Assembly (NCBI GenBank): GCA_002011475.1
Contig: MTNP01000008.1
Coordinates: 4,037-68,036 of the forward strand
Origin: Dehalococcoides sp. JdFR-54
GTDB taxonomy: Bacteria > Chloroflexota > Dehalococcoidia > JdFR-54
Direction: 5' to 3'
DNA: 64,000 bases
In this document: piece by piece, positions 48,006 to 57,422 of the stretch
How the letters are laid out: the number at the start of each line of letters is the position of its first letter
How positions within the stretch are numbered: position 1 is the stretch's first letter
Notes under the pieces: model-generated
What the model saw: the letters and a program-made list of their open reading frames with translations, nothing else
Database searches by the model: none
What the model was told of the DNA's origin: nothing
Position numbers and translations under genes: made by a program

Positions 48006-48651
48006 ATCCCGAAACCAGAGGGATCGAGGGGGCTGAGCAACTGCGCATGGTCTTGTCAGCTTCTGCGTAAACACCCCTCGACTCAACATTCGTCCATATC
48101 GTTTGGTCGGCACAACAAAAGTGCAGGTTGTCTACCGGCCCGAGAAGGGCCCAGATTGTTTACTCGGGTTCTGAGTCAACAAAAGCTTAGTGTTGGTATC
48201 TATCCTCTTGGGACTGTTGACATGGGGACCTCTCGATCTCAATCAAGCCCTTAATATCGGCTGTGCTTACGGTTTTGGTTTTACGTTACTTGGAGATACG
48301 CAGAAGAGACCAACCTAATTGCGAGGGCTGCCAGGAAACAAGCTGAGGGTACCAAGAAACTTGCCGAGGAAACTGAAGGCAAAGACTAACTCTGAGCGAT
48401 GCTTCGATTTCCGTTCATGTCAGAACCTTGACTAACGGGAGTTATGTTCCTGAGGATCCAAGTCTTAGTGGAAGCGACGTGTTACCTATTCAGGTATCGT
48501 GTAGCAACAGTGGGCCTAAGTGGACGATACAAAGAACTTTTAGCCTGGCATTCAGCCCTTGCTACCCAGCCTGTTGCTCTATACCAAGTCTGATTGTATC
48601 ATAGGCGTTGCCCAGTTACAAAGGCTACTAAACGGGTGCAAAAGGTACGAT

Positions 48652-48912
48652 TTAGGGCTGTCCAGAGTCTTTGTTAACCACAGCGCTGATGCCATACACA
48701 TCCCTGAGGTTAGCATCTGTGATAACCGATGCCGGCTCTCCAACAGCAAACACGTGCCCCTTCTTGAGGAGGGCTATCTTGTCCCAAAAGCGGCAAGCTA
48801 GATTTACATCGTGCATAGCGAAGAGCTTCAGAGCCCGGTGCCAATTGCGGGTCTCTTGGAAGAGGAAGAGTGCCTCATCCCTCGTTATTTCTCTTTCCCT
48901 GGCCTCGTTCAA
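48652..48912 (-). pseudogene. Truncated remnant (C-terminal ~85 aa) of an ABC-transporter ATP-binding protein (siderophore/cobalamin-type).
   Basis: FAMHDVNLACRFWDKIALLKKGHVFAVGEPASVITDANLRDVYG matches the H-loop to C-terminus of FecE/BtuD-type ATPases. Walker A/Q-loop/signature region is absent. Confidence 0.55.
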
Positions 48913-48945
48913 TAAGCTGTCTTATCCTGTCTGGCGAGCCCTTGT

Positions 48946-48975
48946 TTGACACCCTAGCCAAGGCACACTTATAAT
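48946..48975 (+). promoter_or_regulatory. Consensus sigma-70 promoter TTGACA-N18-TATAAT placing the TSS 1-3 nt before the larA-like ATG (leaderless mRNA).
   Basis: TTGACA 48946-48951; TATAAT 48970-48975; ATG at 48984; no SD sequence. Confidence 0.5.
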
Positions 48976-48983
48976 TTTCCAAT

Positions 48984-50435
48984 ATGGAAAACTGGGTAGG
49001 TCATACGGCTCAAGAGCTGACTAGAATAGCTTATGGCACAGGGTTTCTCGAGGCGAGACTGCCAGAGAGGACTAAGATATTAAAGCCTCCCCCCTCCCTG
49101 CCAGCCCTGCCAGATGTGGCCGAGGCCGTAAAGCAGGCCTTGGATTCGCCCCTAAACCACGAACCCCTATCCAAGCTGGTGGGCCCAAAGTTAAAAGTTG
49201 CCATCGCTTTCGATGACCCCTGTATGCCCATTCTACCTCCCAAGCAGCCAGATTTTAGGGAAACCACTATCAAGATCTTGCTCCGGGAATTGGAGCGCCT
49301 TGGTGTCCCCAGGCACAATATTCAGCTTATTTGTGCCAATGCCCTACATCGGAAATGGACTCAGCGGGAACTGGCTACCATCCTGGGGGAAGAGCTGGTT
49401 CTCTCCTTTGGGCCTCACCGTCTGCGTTGCCACGATGCCGAGGATAAGGACGATATCGTTTGTGTGGGCGAGACACCCCGGGGTATGCTGGTGGAGGTGA
49501 GCAAGGCGGTTACGGAATCCGACCAGCTAATCTATGTCAATGTCAATTCTCAGCACTTTAATGGCGGTTGGAAGTCCATAGCAGTGGGCCTTTCCAGCTA
49601 CAACAGCATAAGGCAGCACCATCGCCCCTTTCCCAGGGCCAGCGGCAAGTCCGTGATGGACTACAGGCGCTCCTCGTTCCAGAAGATAATCTGGGAGATG
49701 GGCGACGTGGTCGCCGCCGAGCTGGCCAAGAAGGGGAGACGCATCTTCACCATTGAATCGGTGCCCACCAATCGTATACCGGCGGAAACGGCCGCCGTGT
49801 TCGCCGGCAATATCCCGGACGTCCACGAAAAGACCATCGAGATGCTCCAAAGGCAACTGGTGATAGAGGTGAGAGGGCAGGTGGATGTAGCCATCTTCGG
49901 CCTCTCGCCCCACATGGATCCCTATTCCAAGCTATCCTTTATGAACCCCATCCTGGTGCGCAATACAGCCCTTTCTTACGCCTTTGGCCTGTATCAGGGC
50001 AAGCCTTTGATCAGAGAAGGGGGCATCGCCATTTTTATTCACCCCTGCCCGCGGGCATTCGATGATATTCGCTTCCCCTCATATATAGCGATGTACGAGG
50101 AGATACTGCCCCGAACTCAAGATCCTTTCGAGATTTGGGATGTCTACTCCGAGGACTATGCCCATCGCCCCGAGTTTATTCACCACTATCGTTACCGCTA
50201 TAGCTATCACGGGGCACACCCCCTCATTCTGTGGGGCCAGGGCGCCTATGCCTTGAGGCATCTGGGCAAAGTATTCCTGGCCGGGGCCCAGGACCCGGAT
50301 GCTGCCCGCCTGATGGGCTTCGAGCCATTCCCCACGGTGGCGGAGGCCATTGCCGAGGCAGAGAGGCTGCTGGGCAAGGACTGCTCTATAGCTTACGCCT
50401 CGATGCCTCCCGCCTTCATAATTAGCGTGGAGTAG
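48984..50435 (+). CDS. LarA-family (nickel-pincer cofactor dependent 2-hydroxyacid racemase/epimerase) homologue.
   Basis: KVAIAFDDPCMP (cf. LarA IVIISSDHTRP) and NSQHFNGGWKS (cf. ESHFFAGFSGGRK, Lys that tethers the NPN cofactor); 483 aa. Confidence 0.65.
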   Translation: MENWVGHTAQELTRIAYGTGFLEARLPERTKILKPPPSLPALPDVAEAVKQALDSPLNHEPLSKLVGPKLKVAIAFDDPCMPILPPKQPDFRETTIKILLRELERLGVPRHNIQLICANALHRKWTQRELATILGEELVLSFGPHRLRCHDAEDKDDIVCVGETPRGMLVEVSKAVTESDQLIYVNVNSQHFNGGWKSIAVGLSSYNSIRQHHRPFPRASGKSVMDYRRSSFQKIIWEMGDVVAAELAKKGRRIFTIESVPTNRIPAETAAVFAGNIPDVHEKTIEMLQRQLVIEVRGQVDVAIFGLSPHMDPYSKLSFMNPILVRNTALSYAFGLYQGKPLIREGGIAIFIHPCPRAFDDIRFPSYIAMYEEILPRTQDPFEIWDVYSEDYAHRPEFIHHYRYRYSYHGAHPLILWGQGAYALRHLGKVFLAGAQDPDAARLMGFEPFPTVAEAIAEAERLLGKDCSIAYASMPPAFIISVE

Positions 50436-50512
50436 GTATTAATGAGATTCTGCATCTGTAGCGAGATATTTTGAGGGTGGGAGTTGGGGGGTATTTTCAT
50501 AAGGAGGCAAGG

Positions 50513-51319
50513 GTGACACTATCCATGTTTGACCTGACAGATAGGGTAGCCATTGTTACCGGCAGCGGGAGGGGCATCGGTAAGGGGATTGCCCTGGGCT
50601 TGGCTGAGGCAGGCGCCACGGTAGTGGTAACCTCTCGCACCCCCGCTGAAATCGAGGCTACAGCCAGCGAGATCAGAGATAAGGGGGGCACGGCTCTGGC
50701 TATCGCCACGGACATGATGGACCCTGAGCAGGTATCCAATTTGGTCCAGAAGACGGTGAGCGAGTTTGGCAAGCTGGATATTATGGTCAACAATGCCGGC
50801 GGCAGCACTGGAATCAGCCCGGCACTAGAGCTGAGCCTGGAGGACTGGGAAGGGAACCTTCGCTGGAACCTGACCAGCGCCTTCTTGGGATGCCAGGCTG
50901 CAGCCAAGATAATGATACCGCAGAGAAGGGGCAGCATTATCAACATCGGCTCCATCGCTGCCATCGCCCCTCAGCCTGGCCGAGTCCACTATTGCGCCGC
51001 CAAGGCGGGTATAGACATAATGACCAAGACGCTAGCTATGGAATGGGGCCGCTATAACGTTCGGGTTAATGCCATAAGACCGGGCACCATATGGACCTCG
51101 GCACTGGAACGGAACTACCAGAGATTCCCGGAGGATTACGATTTCCGACTCCGGCTAACCCCGCTGGGGCGTCACGGGACGCCCCGGGACCTGGTAGGGG
51201 TCACCATTTTCTTGGCCTCCGACGCCTCAGCCTTTGTTACCGGGGCCTCTTTCGCAGTGGACGGGGGGCTCCCCATAGTGGCCTCCGTGCGCAAAGATGA
51301 CCCCTCATCATTCTGGTAG
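50513..51319 (+). CDS. Short-chain dehydrogenase/reductase (FabG-like).
   Basis: VAIVTGSGRGIGKG, NNAG, catalytic S...YxxxK. GTG start 5 nt after AAGGAGG; an ATG at 50528 is the alternative. Confidence 0.88.
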   Translation: MTLSMFDLTDRVAIVTGSGRGIGKGIALGLAEAGATVVVTSRTPAEIEATASEIRDKGGTALAIATDMMDPEQVSNLVQKTVSEFGKLDIMVNNAGGSTGISPALELSLEDWEGNLRWNLTSAFLGCQAAAKIMIPQRRGSIINIGSIAAIAPQPGRVHYCAAKAGIDIMTKTLAMEWGRYNVRVNAIRPGTIWTSALERNYQRFPEDYDFRLRLTPLGRHGTPRDLVGVTIFLASDASAFVTGASFAVDGGLPIVASVRKDDPSSFW

Positions 51320-51400
51320 CCATGAGCGAAGGGAGGAGATTCACCGGGGCTAATAGTAGCTGCGCACTCGCCACGCTGCGGACTTGAGCCGAAGGCACTC

Positions 51401-51429
51401 TTGACAAACTGGCATACCCGTGGTATCCT
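51401..51429 (+). promoter_or_regulatory. Near-consensus sigma-70 promoter TTGACA-N17-TATCCT upstream of the second TRAP SBP; its -35 context (CTTGACAAA) matches the promoter at 2739.
   Basis: Read directly: TTGACA 51401-51406, TATCCT 51424-51429. Confidence 0.45.
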
Positions 51430-51513
51430 TTATAGACTGGAGGGGGTGATGCTATAAGGCAATGGACGGATAGGGACGAAGGCAATTAACAGCTTTTATG
51501 GAGAGGAGGGAAA

Positions 51514-52746
51514 ATGAATAAGGTGACGCAGAAGTTGTTGTTGGTTTCCTTTGTGTTGATGTTCGTGATGGGTTCAGCGCTGGTGGGTTGTGCCAGGGTG
51601 GAGACCGTGACAAAGACAGTGACGACCACCGAGGCAGCAGTCACCATAACGGAGACGGTAACAGCGCCCCCGGTAACGGTAACCGCCACGCCGCCGGCAG
51701 TCACAGTGACCAAGACGACTACGGTCACCAAGGAGGTTCCCGTCACCGCCACGCCGGTGGCAATCAAGTGGCGGATGCAATCCTGTGACCCGGTGGGGAG
51801 CTTCGATTACACTGCCAACCTGGTCCAGTTCTGCGACCTGGTCAGCGAATACACCAATGGCCAGATCGAGATCACCCCTTATCCGGCCCCGGCGCTGATG
51901 AAGGCCACCGAGATGCTGGATGCTGTAACCAAGGGCGCCCTGGATGGCCTGGCCGCCTGGATGGTCTACTTCATGGGCAAGGACAAGGGCATGGAGTTTT
52001 GGTGTGAATGGCCCTACGGTGTTAATATGAGCTATGCCGATATGCTGGTCTTCTACTATGAGCTGGGGGGCAAGGAACTCTACAACGAATTTCTTGCCCA
52101 GTTCGATGCCATCGAGATAGCTTGCCCTCCCCACCCCGGCGAGCCCATCCATAGCACCGTCCCCATCCCTCGCCTGGCCGACATGCGGGGCCTGAAGATG
52201 AGGACCTACTCCATAGCGGCGCTGGTTTATACCCGGGCTGGCATTCACGTCACCCCCATCACCCCAGCGGAGCTCTATACCTCCCTGGAAAGGGGCATCA
52301 TCGATATTATGGAGTATACCAGCCTGGCCACCAACATCGGCATGAAGCTCCATGAGCCGGCCCCCTACATGATAAAGCCGGCCCACTCCACCGCCGTCCT
52401 CGGCCATAGCATCGTCCTCAAGAAATCGCAATTCGAGGCCCTGCCTGAAGACCTCCAGAGGGCAATAATGGCGGCGGCCAAGGAGATGACCCTGCGGGTT
52501 ATTCACCAGAACAAGATGCTGGAGCTCGACCTGATGCAGCGTCTGCCTGAGCTTGGCATAGAATGGCACATGTGGCCGCAAGAGGACTATGACGAGATGG
52601 CCGGGTATAGCATGGAGATATGGGAAGGTTACCTCAAGGGCCTGCATGGCATTGAGCAGACCACCGAGTTCGGCCAGAAGATGATCGATATCAAGTTGCG
52701 TTATACTGAGCTGATTCGGGAGTACGGCGACGCGGTATGTAGGTAA
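51514..52746 (+). CDS. TRAP-type substrate-binding lipoprotein, second paralogue, with LVGC lipobox and TVT-repeat linker.
   Basis: Signal peptide, lipobox L-V-G-C, TVTKTVTTTEAAVTITETVTAPPVTVTATPP linker (DNA ~51595-51760). The mature domain resembles the DctP family. Confidence 0.7.
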   Translation: MNKVTQKLLLVSFVLMFVMGSALVGCARVETVTKTVTTTEAAVTITETVTAPPVTVTATPPAVTVTKTTTVTKEVPVTATPVAIKWRMQSCDPVGSFDYTANLVQFCDLVSEYTNGQIEITPYPAPALMKATEMLDAVTKGALDGLAAWMVYFMGKDKGMEFWCEWPYGVNMSYADMLVFYYELGGKELYNEFLAQFDAIEIACPPHPGEPIHSTVPIPRLADMRGLKMRTYSIAALVYTRAGIHVTPITPAELYTSLERGIIDIMEYTSLATNIGMKLHEPAPYMIKPAHSTAVLGHSIVLKKSQFEALPEDLQRAIMAAAKEMTLRVIHQNKMLELDLMQRLPELGIEWHMWPQEDYDEMAGYSMEIWEGYLKGLHGIEQTTEFGQKMIDIKLRYTELIREYGDAVCR

Positions 52747-52867
52747 AAGTCGATCGCCAAATCAGTAAAGGTTGCCTGAGAAATGAAGAGGGGTGCTCCT
52801 GTGGAGCCAGCCACAGGAGCACCCCTCTTTATTTTCCCGCAACCCTCGGCCTGGTAAGATGGGTCGC

Positions 52868-54193
52868 CTATTTCATAAGAATCCCGGGCAACCAGATGGC
52901 CAGGGGGGCGAAGGCAGCCACCAGAACCAGGCCAGTGGCCTGGAGGCCTATGAAGGGCAGAGCTGCCACATAGATGTCGTCCATCTCCACCCCCCTAGGT
53001 GCCACCCCCTTGATGTAATACAGACAATAGCCAAAGGGTGGCGTCAGGTAAGACATCTGCATGTTGATCATGAATATTAGACCATAGTGTATGGGATCAA
53101 ACCCCAACACGTCCCTGGCCAGGGGGGCGAATATAGGAGCACAGATCAGAACTATAGCGGTGGGGTCAAGAATGCACCCCATGAGGAAGAGGATGAGCTG
53201 CATTATGGCCAGAACTATCCAGCGGTTGACCTCTAACCCCGTTATGAAGTCGCTTATGTACGCGTAACCGCCGATGCCATTAAAGGTGGCACCAAAGATG
53301 GTAGCCCCCATCACGATCCACATACACATGACGCCGATCCTAAGGCTGTCCCAGGCGCAATCGACAAAGGTTCGCACATTCATTCGGCGGCGGACGACGG
53401 CGGATATGAAGGCGCCGGCCACGCCGCAGGCGGCAGCCTCAGTGGGGGTAGCAATCCCGGCGAAGATGCTTCCCAGAACCAGGAGGATAACGAATATGGG
53501 CAGGATTATACCCCGGAGCATCAGAAACCTTTGCCCCCAGGACACCGCTGCCCGTTCTTCCCTGGGGAGGGGTGGGGCCAGGCTGGGATTGATGCCAGCC
53601 CTTATGGCTATGTAGGTGATATACAGGCCAGAAAGGACAAGACCGCAGGTTATGCCGCCGGCGAAGAGCTTGCCTATCGAGTCTCCGGTCATTGCCCCGT
53701 ACAGGATCATCAGCAGGCTGGGCGGGATAAGCTGCCCCAGGGTGCCACCGGCCATAATGGCACCTATAGTTAATGTCTTGCTGAATTTGCGTTTGAGCAT
53801 CTCGGGGAGGGCGATCATCCCCATAGGCACTACCTCGGCCCCGGCTATGCCCGTCATGGCACCGGCCACGGTGCAGATGGCCACAGTCCCCATGGTCAGC
53901 CCACCCCTGAGTGGCCCAAACCAGTGATGCATCACATTATAGAGGTCCTCGATAATCCCCGACTTCTGCAAGAGGCTGGCCATCAGCACAAACAAAGGAA
54001 CAGCCAGGAGCACGAAGCTTTTCATGGTGCCCCACACATTGGCAGGGATCAGAAATATGGCGTGCGGCCCCCAGAAGAAGTAGCCGAATACTATGCCCAG
54101 GAAGCCCAAGACAAAGGCAATGGGCAGGCCCGTTATGAGCAACACCAGCAGGCTGCCACACATCAATAGGAGTATATATTCTACAGACATCAC
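52868..54193 (-). CDS. dctM: TRAP transporter large permease (DctM family), second system.
   Basis: 441-aa polytopic protein with DctM conserved blocks (GQLIPPSLLMILYG). Confidence 0.85.
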   Translation of the reverse strand: MMSVEYILLLMCGSLLVLLITGLPIAFVLGFLGIVFGYFFWGPHAIFLIPANVWGTMKSFVLLAVPLFVLMASLLQKSGIIEDLYNVMHHWFGPLRGGLTMGTVAICTVAGAMTGIAGAEVVPMGMIALPEMLKRKFSKTLTIGAIMAGGTLGQLIPPSLLMILYGAMTGDSIGKLFAGGITCGLVLSGLYITYIAIRAGINPSLAPPLPREERAAVSWGQRFLMLRGIILPIFVILLVLGSIFAGIATPTEAAACGVAGAFISAVVRRRMNVRTFVDCAWDSLRIGVMCMWIVMGATIFGATFNGIGGYAYISDFITGLEVNRWIVLAIMQLILFLMGCILDPTAIVLICAPIFAPLARDVLGFDPIHYGLIFMINMQMSYLTPPFGYCLYYIKGVAPRGVEMDDIYVAALPFIGLQATGLVLVAAFAPLAIWLPGILMK

Positions 54194-54232
54194 GTCCTCG
54201 CCTTTATTGTCTTGTGCATAGCCCCGGTAAAC

Positions 54233-54787
54233 TCATTCGGAGGCTACAGGACCAAGAGGCGCATATTCCAGACGCGACATAACCTTGCCAGTTACGGCCT
54301 GGTATATAGACCTAGTGAACTCAGCCAAGCCCTGAAGGCCCAGAAGACCAACGGCTACGGGTATCGCCGTCTTGATGGGATAAAAGGCGGGTTTCCACAC
54401 AGAATCGGGGTTAATCTCCCTGACCCGCCACGACTCGGCAGCAAAATCATAGCCCTGCCAGAACAGGATACCAATGAAAACGAAGAAGAAGACGAAGGTG
54501 ATGGAGTCGAGGATGCCCTGCGTTCTCAGGGAAAGGCGCCTGTAGACTATGTCCAGCTTCACATGACCGCCGATGAAGAGATTGTAGGCACCAGCTACCA
54601 TAAAATAGCCGCCGAAGATCATAAAACTGGTCTCGAGGACCCAAATGGTGGGGTTATGGAAGGCATACCTCAGGATCACATCGTAGCAGATCAGGCCGGC
54701 TATGACATACATAAAAAAGCTAACAGCCCGCCCCGTCCATAGGCTGATGAAGTCAATAATCTTGAGGGGGTTCTTGGGCATGCTCAT
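54233..54787 (-). CDS. dctQ: TRAP transporter small permease (DctQ family), second system.
   Basis: 184 aa, 4 TM, immediately upstream of dctM on the same strand. Confidence 0.78.
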   Translation of the reverse strand: MSMPKNPLKIIDFISLWTGRAVSFFMYVIAGLICYDVILRYAFHNPTIWVLETSFMIFGGYFMVAGAYNLFIGGHVKLDIVYRRLSLRTQGILDSITFVFFFVFIGILFWQGYDFAAESWRVREINPDSVWKPAFYPIKTAIPVAVGLLGLQGLAEFTRSIYQAVTGKVMSRLEYAPLGPVASE

Positions 54788-55024
54788 CTATGTTCCTCCA
54801 TACTATATAGCTAGGGGCAAACATAAATGCCTTTGCCTCACTTATAAACGTGCCAACGAAGATCTCGAATTGCCACAACATGCTGGCGGGCAAAATCGTT
54901 GCCATTACTTTAGGCCATTCAACCATTCGTGTCAAGACTTATATTGTCAATGGGGGAAGCAAGGGCGCCTTGACTGTAGCTGCGCTATTCGCCTGCATTC
55001 AGGGGCGAGCTAGCTGCTATTTCT

Positions 55025-56014
55025 TCAGGATGAGGAGACGGCTGGGGGTTCTATGGTGATTTCCTGGTCGAAATCGGTGAAAACCGCCTCGAGATAGACA
55101 TCCGTGGGCTGCTCCTCAGCGTAGGAGCTTTCTATGGTTATCCGATGAATCATCCGATCCTCCTGGCCGAACCAAACCCTTATCTTCCCCAAGAACTCCC
55201 CCTCAAGTAGTGGCAGGGCAACCATGGGCCGAACACTGCCTTCAATAATGCTACACTTAATGCCCTCTATCTCCTCCATGCCCCTCCACTTTAAGTCCTC
55301 GATCTCGGACACTATCTCCAATACCCGGGTCGGATAAATAGACGAAAGCTCTTCGGCTCCCATTACACTTTTCCTCCATGTTCCGTCCGGAACCTGCTCA
55401 TATAAATCGTTGCCAATGATGACCATCTCCGAAGAGGTGAACAATGGAGGGGCGAAAAACTCCATTGTCCCCTTGAACCTGTCGGGCAGGAGGAAGTCGC
55501 CCTCAAGGACGATGTTATATGTAGTTGTGATTTCCTCCTCCAGGATGTCCCAGATGGAGAACACGATGGAGGAGGGGCCGCTCACGGTCAGACCCTGCGC
55601 AAAATGGAAGGATTTGATATTTGACATGTTCTCCTTAACCTCGTTCCAAGCTGCCTCAAGGCTAATAACTTCTATATCCCTTTGTAACCCCCCTATCTCT
55701 ATGTGGTGGGTCCCCACCTCCCTAAATATTACGTTGAAAGATCGGGTCTCCGAGGCACCTGCTGCCAAGGTAACAACTTGATTGAGGTATTCCTCACCAT
55801 CTACCTTTACGGCTAGATTATAGTCGCCCGATCTATTGCCGATGTTGGCTACCTCCACCGCAACCACGACAGTCTCCTGAACAACTGCCTGAGCCGGGGT
55901 AATCGTCAGGTTGCTTACCTCGAAGTTGGGAGAACGGCAAGCAGCGGGCATGAGCATAAGCACCAGGCTCAGTAGAGATATACCTGCTAACTTAATGCTT
56001 GCCTTATTCGCCAC
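55025..56014 (-). CDS. Secreted hypothetical lipoprotein (CARDB-like N-terminal domain).
   Basis: Signal peptide with ...MPAAC lipobox-like Cys; no enzymatic motifs. Confidence 0.5.
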   Translation of the reverse strand: MANKASIKLAGISLLSLVLMLMPAACRSPNFEVSNLTITPAQAVVQETVVVAVEVANIGNRSGDYNLAVKVDGEEYLNQVVTLAAGASETRSFNVIFREVGTHHIEIGGLQRDIEVISLEAAWNEVKENMSNIKSFHFAQGLTVSGPSSIVFSIWDILEEEITTTYNIVLEGDFLLPDRFKGTMEFFAPPLFTSSEMVIIGNDLYEQVPDGTWRKSVMGAEELSSIYPTRVLEIVSEIEDLKWRGMEEIEGIKCSIIEGSVRPMVALPLLEGEFLGKIRVWFGQEDRMIHRITIESSYAEEQPTDVYLEAVFTDFDQEITIEPPAVSSS

Positions 56015-56230
56015 AGGACTTTCCCTGAAACCGTTTTGCCTCGCCCAGATGAAACAGGAGTGGGAATATTATACAATAAGTTCAGTCAATGCTGTAAAGG
56101 GAACTAATGCCGAGACGCCTCAGCTTGCATTGACCCCTTATGCAACGTGAAAACGGATTGACACAAAAGCAAGTCTGGCATAAACTTATAATGCTGGCCG
56201 GACTGCGGCCAAGCTATAAACCATCAAAGA

Positions 56231-57373
56231 ATGAGGACCCTAATGGAACAGGAGCTCGGCGAACTTGTGGCGGCCAACTCGGAGACCAATAGGACAAAAT
56301 GGGCTCTAGAGTATAAGGCGCAGGGTAAAAAGGTGATAGGGGTGTTTGACCCCCATATGCCCGAGGAACTGATTCATGCCGCCGGCATGTTGCCCTGGAG
56401 GGTCACCGGCACATGGAAGGATAGCATCCCCCTGGCCTCCGTCTATCGGCTGGCCATAAGCTGCGGCTACCCCAATCACGTCTTGGAGTCGCTCTTGGCC
56501 GGCGAGCTTGACTTTCTGGATGGGGCCGTCTTCACCGCCTGGGACGACGATATGAGAACCCTATATGATAACTTCTATTTCTCGGGCAAGATCCCCTTAG
56601 TGCATATCATGTATTTGCCGCACAAGGCGACTAAACTGACCCTTAACTACTGGGCCGGAGAGGTAGAGAGACTCAGGAAGAGGCTGGAGGAGTTTGGGGG
56701 CAAAAGGATCGACCATGCCAGCCTGAGTCACTCGATGGCGGTCTTCGACGAGATGCGCTCGCTTCTAATGAAGCTTTACCAACTGCGCCGGGGGGCTAAG
56801 CCTGCTATCAGCGGTGCCGAAGCCCTGGGGATAACTATAGCTGCCAGGGTTATGCCCAAAGAGGAATTCACTCGAAGGCTGCGGGGCCTGCTTCCTTATC
56901 TGGCAGGCCGTGAAGCCCCCCTGAAAGGGGTTAAACCCCGTTTATTGGTCTCCAGCGATTTCCTGGACGATCCAAGATATCTGGGTCTCATAGAAGACAC
57001 AGGCGCCGTGGTAGCTATGGACGACTTGGATACCGGGAGCCGATATTTCTGGAATGGGATGGCCAAGCCTGGGGGTGACCTCATCCTGGCCCTAGCTAGG
57101 TATTACCTGACTCGCCCCGCCGACCCCCACACTGACAAGTGGGCTGAGGAAGTGGGGCAGGTCATCCAATGGGCGAGGGACTTCCGCGTCGATGGGGTGA
57201 TCCAATTGGCCTTGACCAATTGTTTCCCTCGGGAGACCAGGCTCACCTATTTCAGCCAGGAGTTGACCAAGGCGGGCATCCCTAACATGACCTTCAAGCG
57301 GGACTATCAACTAACCAAAGAGGGTCAACTGCGAACCAGGATAGAGGCCTTCCTGGAGACCCTGGAAGGATAA
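56231..57373 (+). CDS. 2-hydroxyacyl-CoA dehydratase family subunit (HgdB/HadC/FldC-like).
   Basis: 380 aa with 2-hydroxyglutaryl-CoA dehydratase D-component fold and conserved Cys (ALTNCFPRE). Confidence 0.75.
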   Translation: MRTLMEQELGELVAANSETNRTKWALEYKAQGKKVIGVFDPHMPEELIHAAGMLPWRVTGTWKDSIPLASVYRLAISCGYPNHVLESLLAGELDFLDGAVFTAWDDDMRTLYDNFYFSGKIPLVHIMYLPHKATKLTLNYWAGEVERLRKRLEEFGGKRIDHASLSHSMAVFDEMRSLLMKLYQLRRGAKPAISGAEALGITIAARVMPKEEFTRRLRGLLPYLAGREAPLKGVKPRLLVSSDFLDDPRYLGLIEDTGAVVAMDDLDTGSRYFWNGMAKPGGDLILALARYYLTRPADPHTDKWAEEVGQVIQWARDFRVDGVIQLALTNCFPRETRLTYFSQELTKAGIPNMTFKRDYQLTKEGQLRTRIEAFLETLEG

Positions 57374-57422
57374 TAGGGTGTCCCGATTCAATGCCATCTA
57401 AAAATAGCTGGGAGGTAGGGTC

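Noticed and set aside
48006-48650. Possibility of a riboswitch or sRNA in the 645-bp non-coding stretch downstream of ilvD.
   Set aside because: I could not recognise any known riboswitch consensus (B12, T-box, TPP etc.) by eye; left as part of the compositional-island finding.
51574-52647. 357-aa ORF on the minus strand, antisense to the second TRAP SBP gene.
   Set aside because: It is His/Gly/Arg-rich and low-complexity, with no homology pattern. It overlaps a gene with a clear signal peptide and domain. This is a typical high-GC shadow ORF.
56150-56215. Perfect TATAAT box ~40 nt upstream of the 2-hydroxyacyl-CoA dehydratase gene.
   Set aside because: No acceptable -35 lies at 16-19 nt spacing (TTGACA is 23 nt away), so the promoter assignment is too uncertain to list as a feature.
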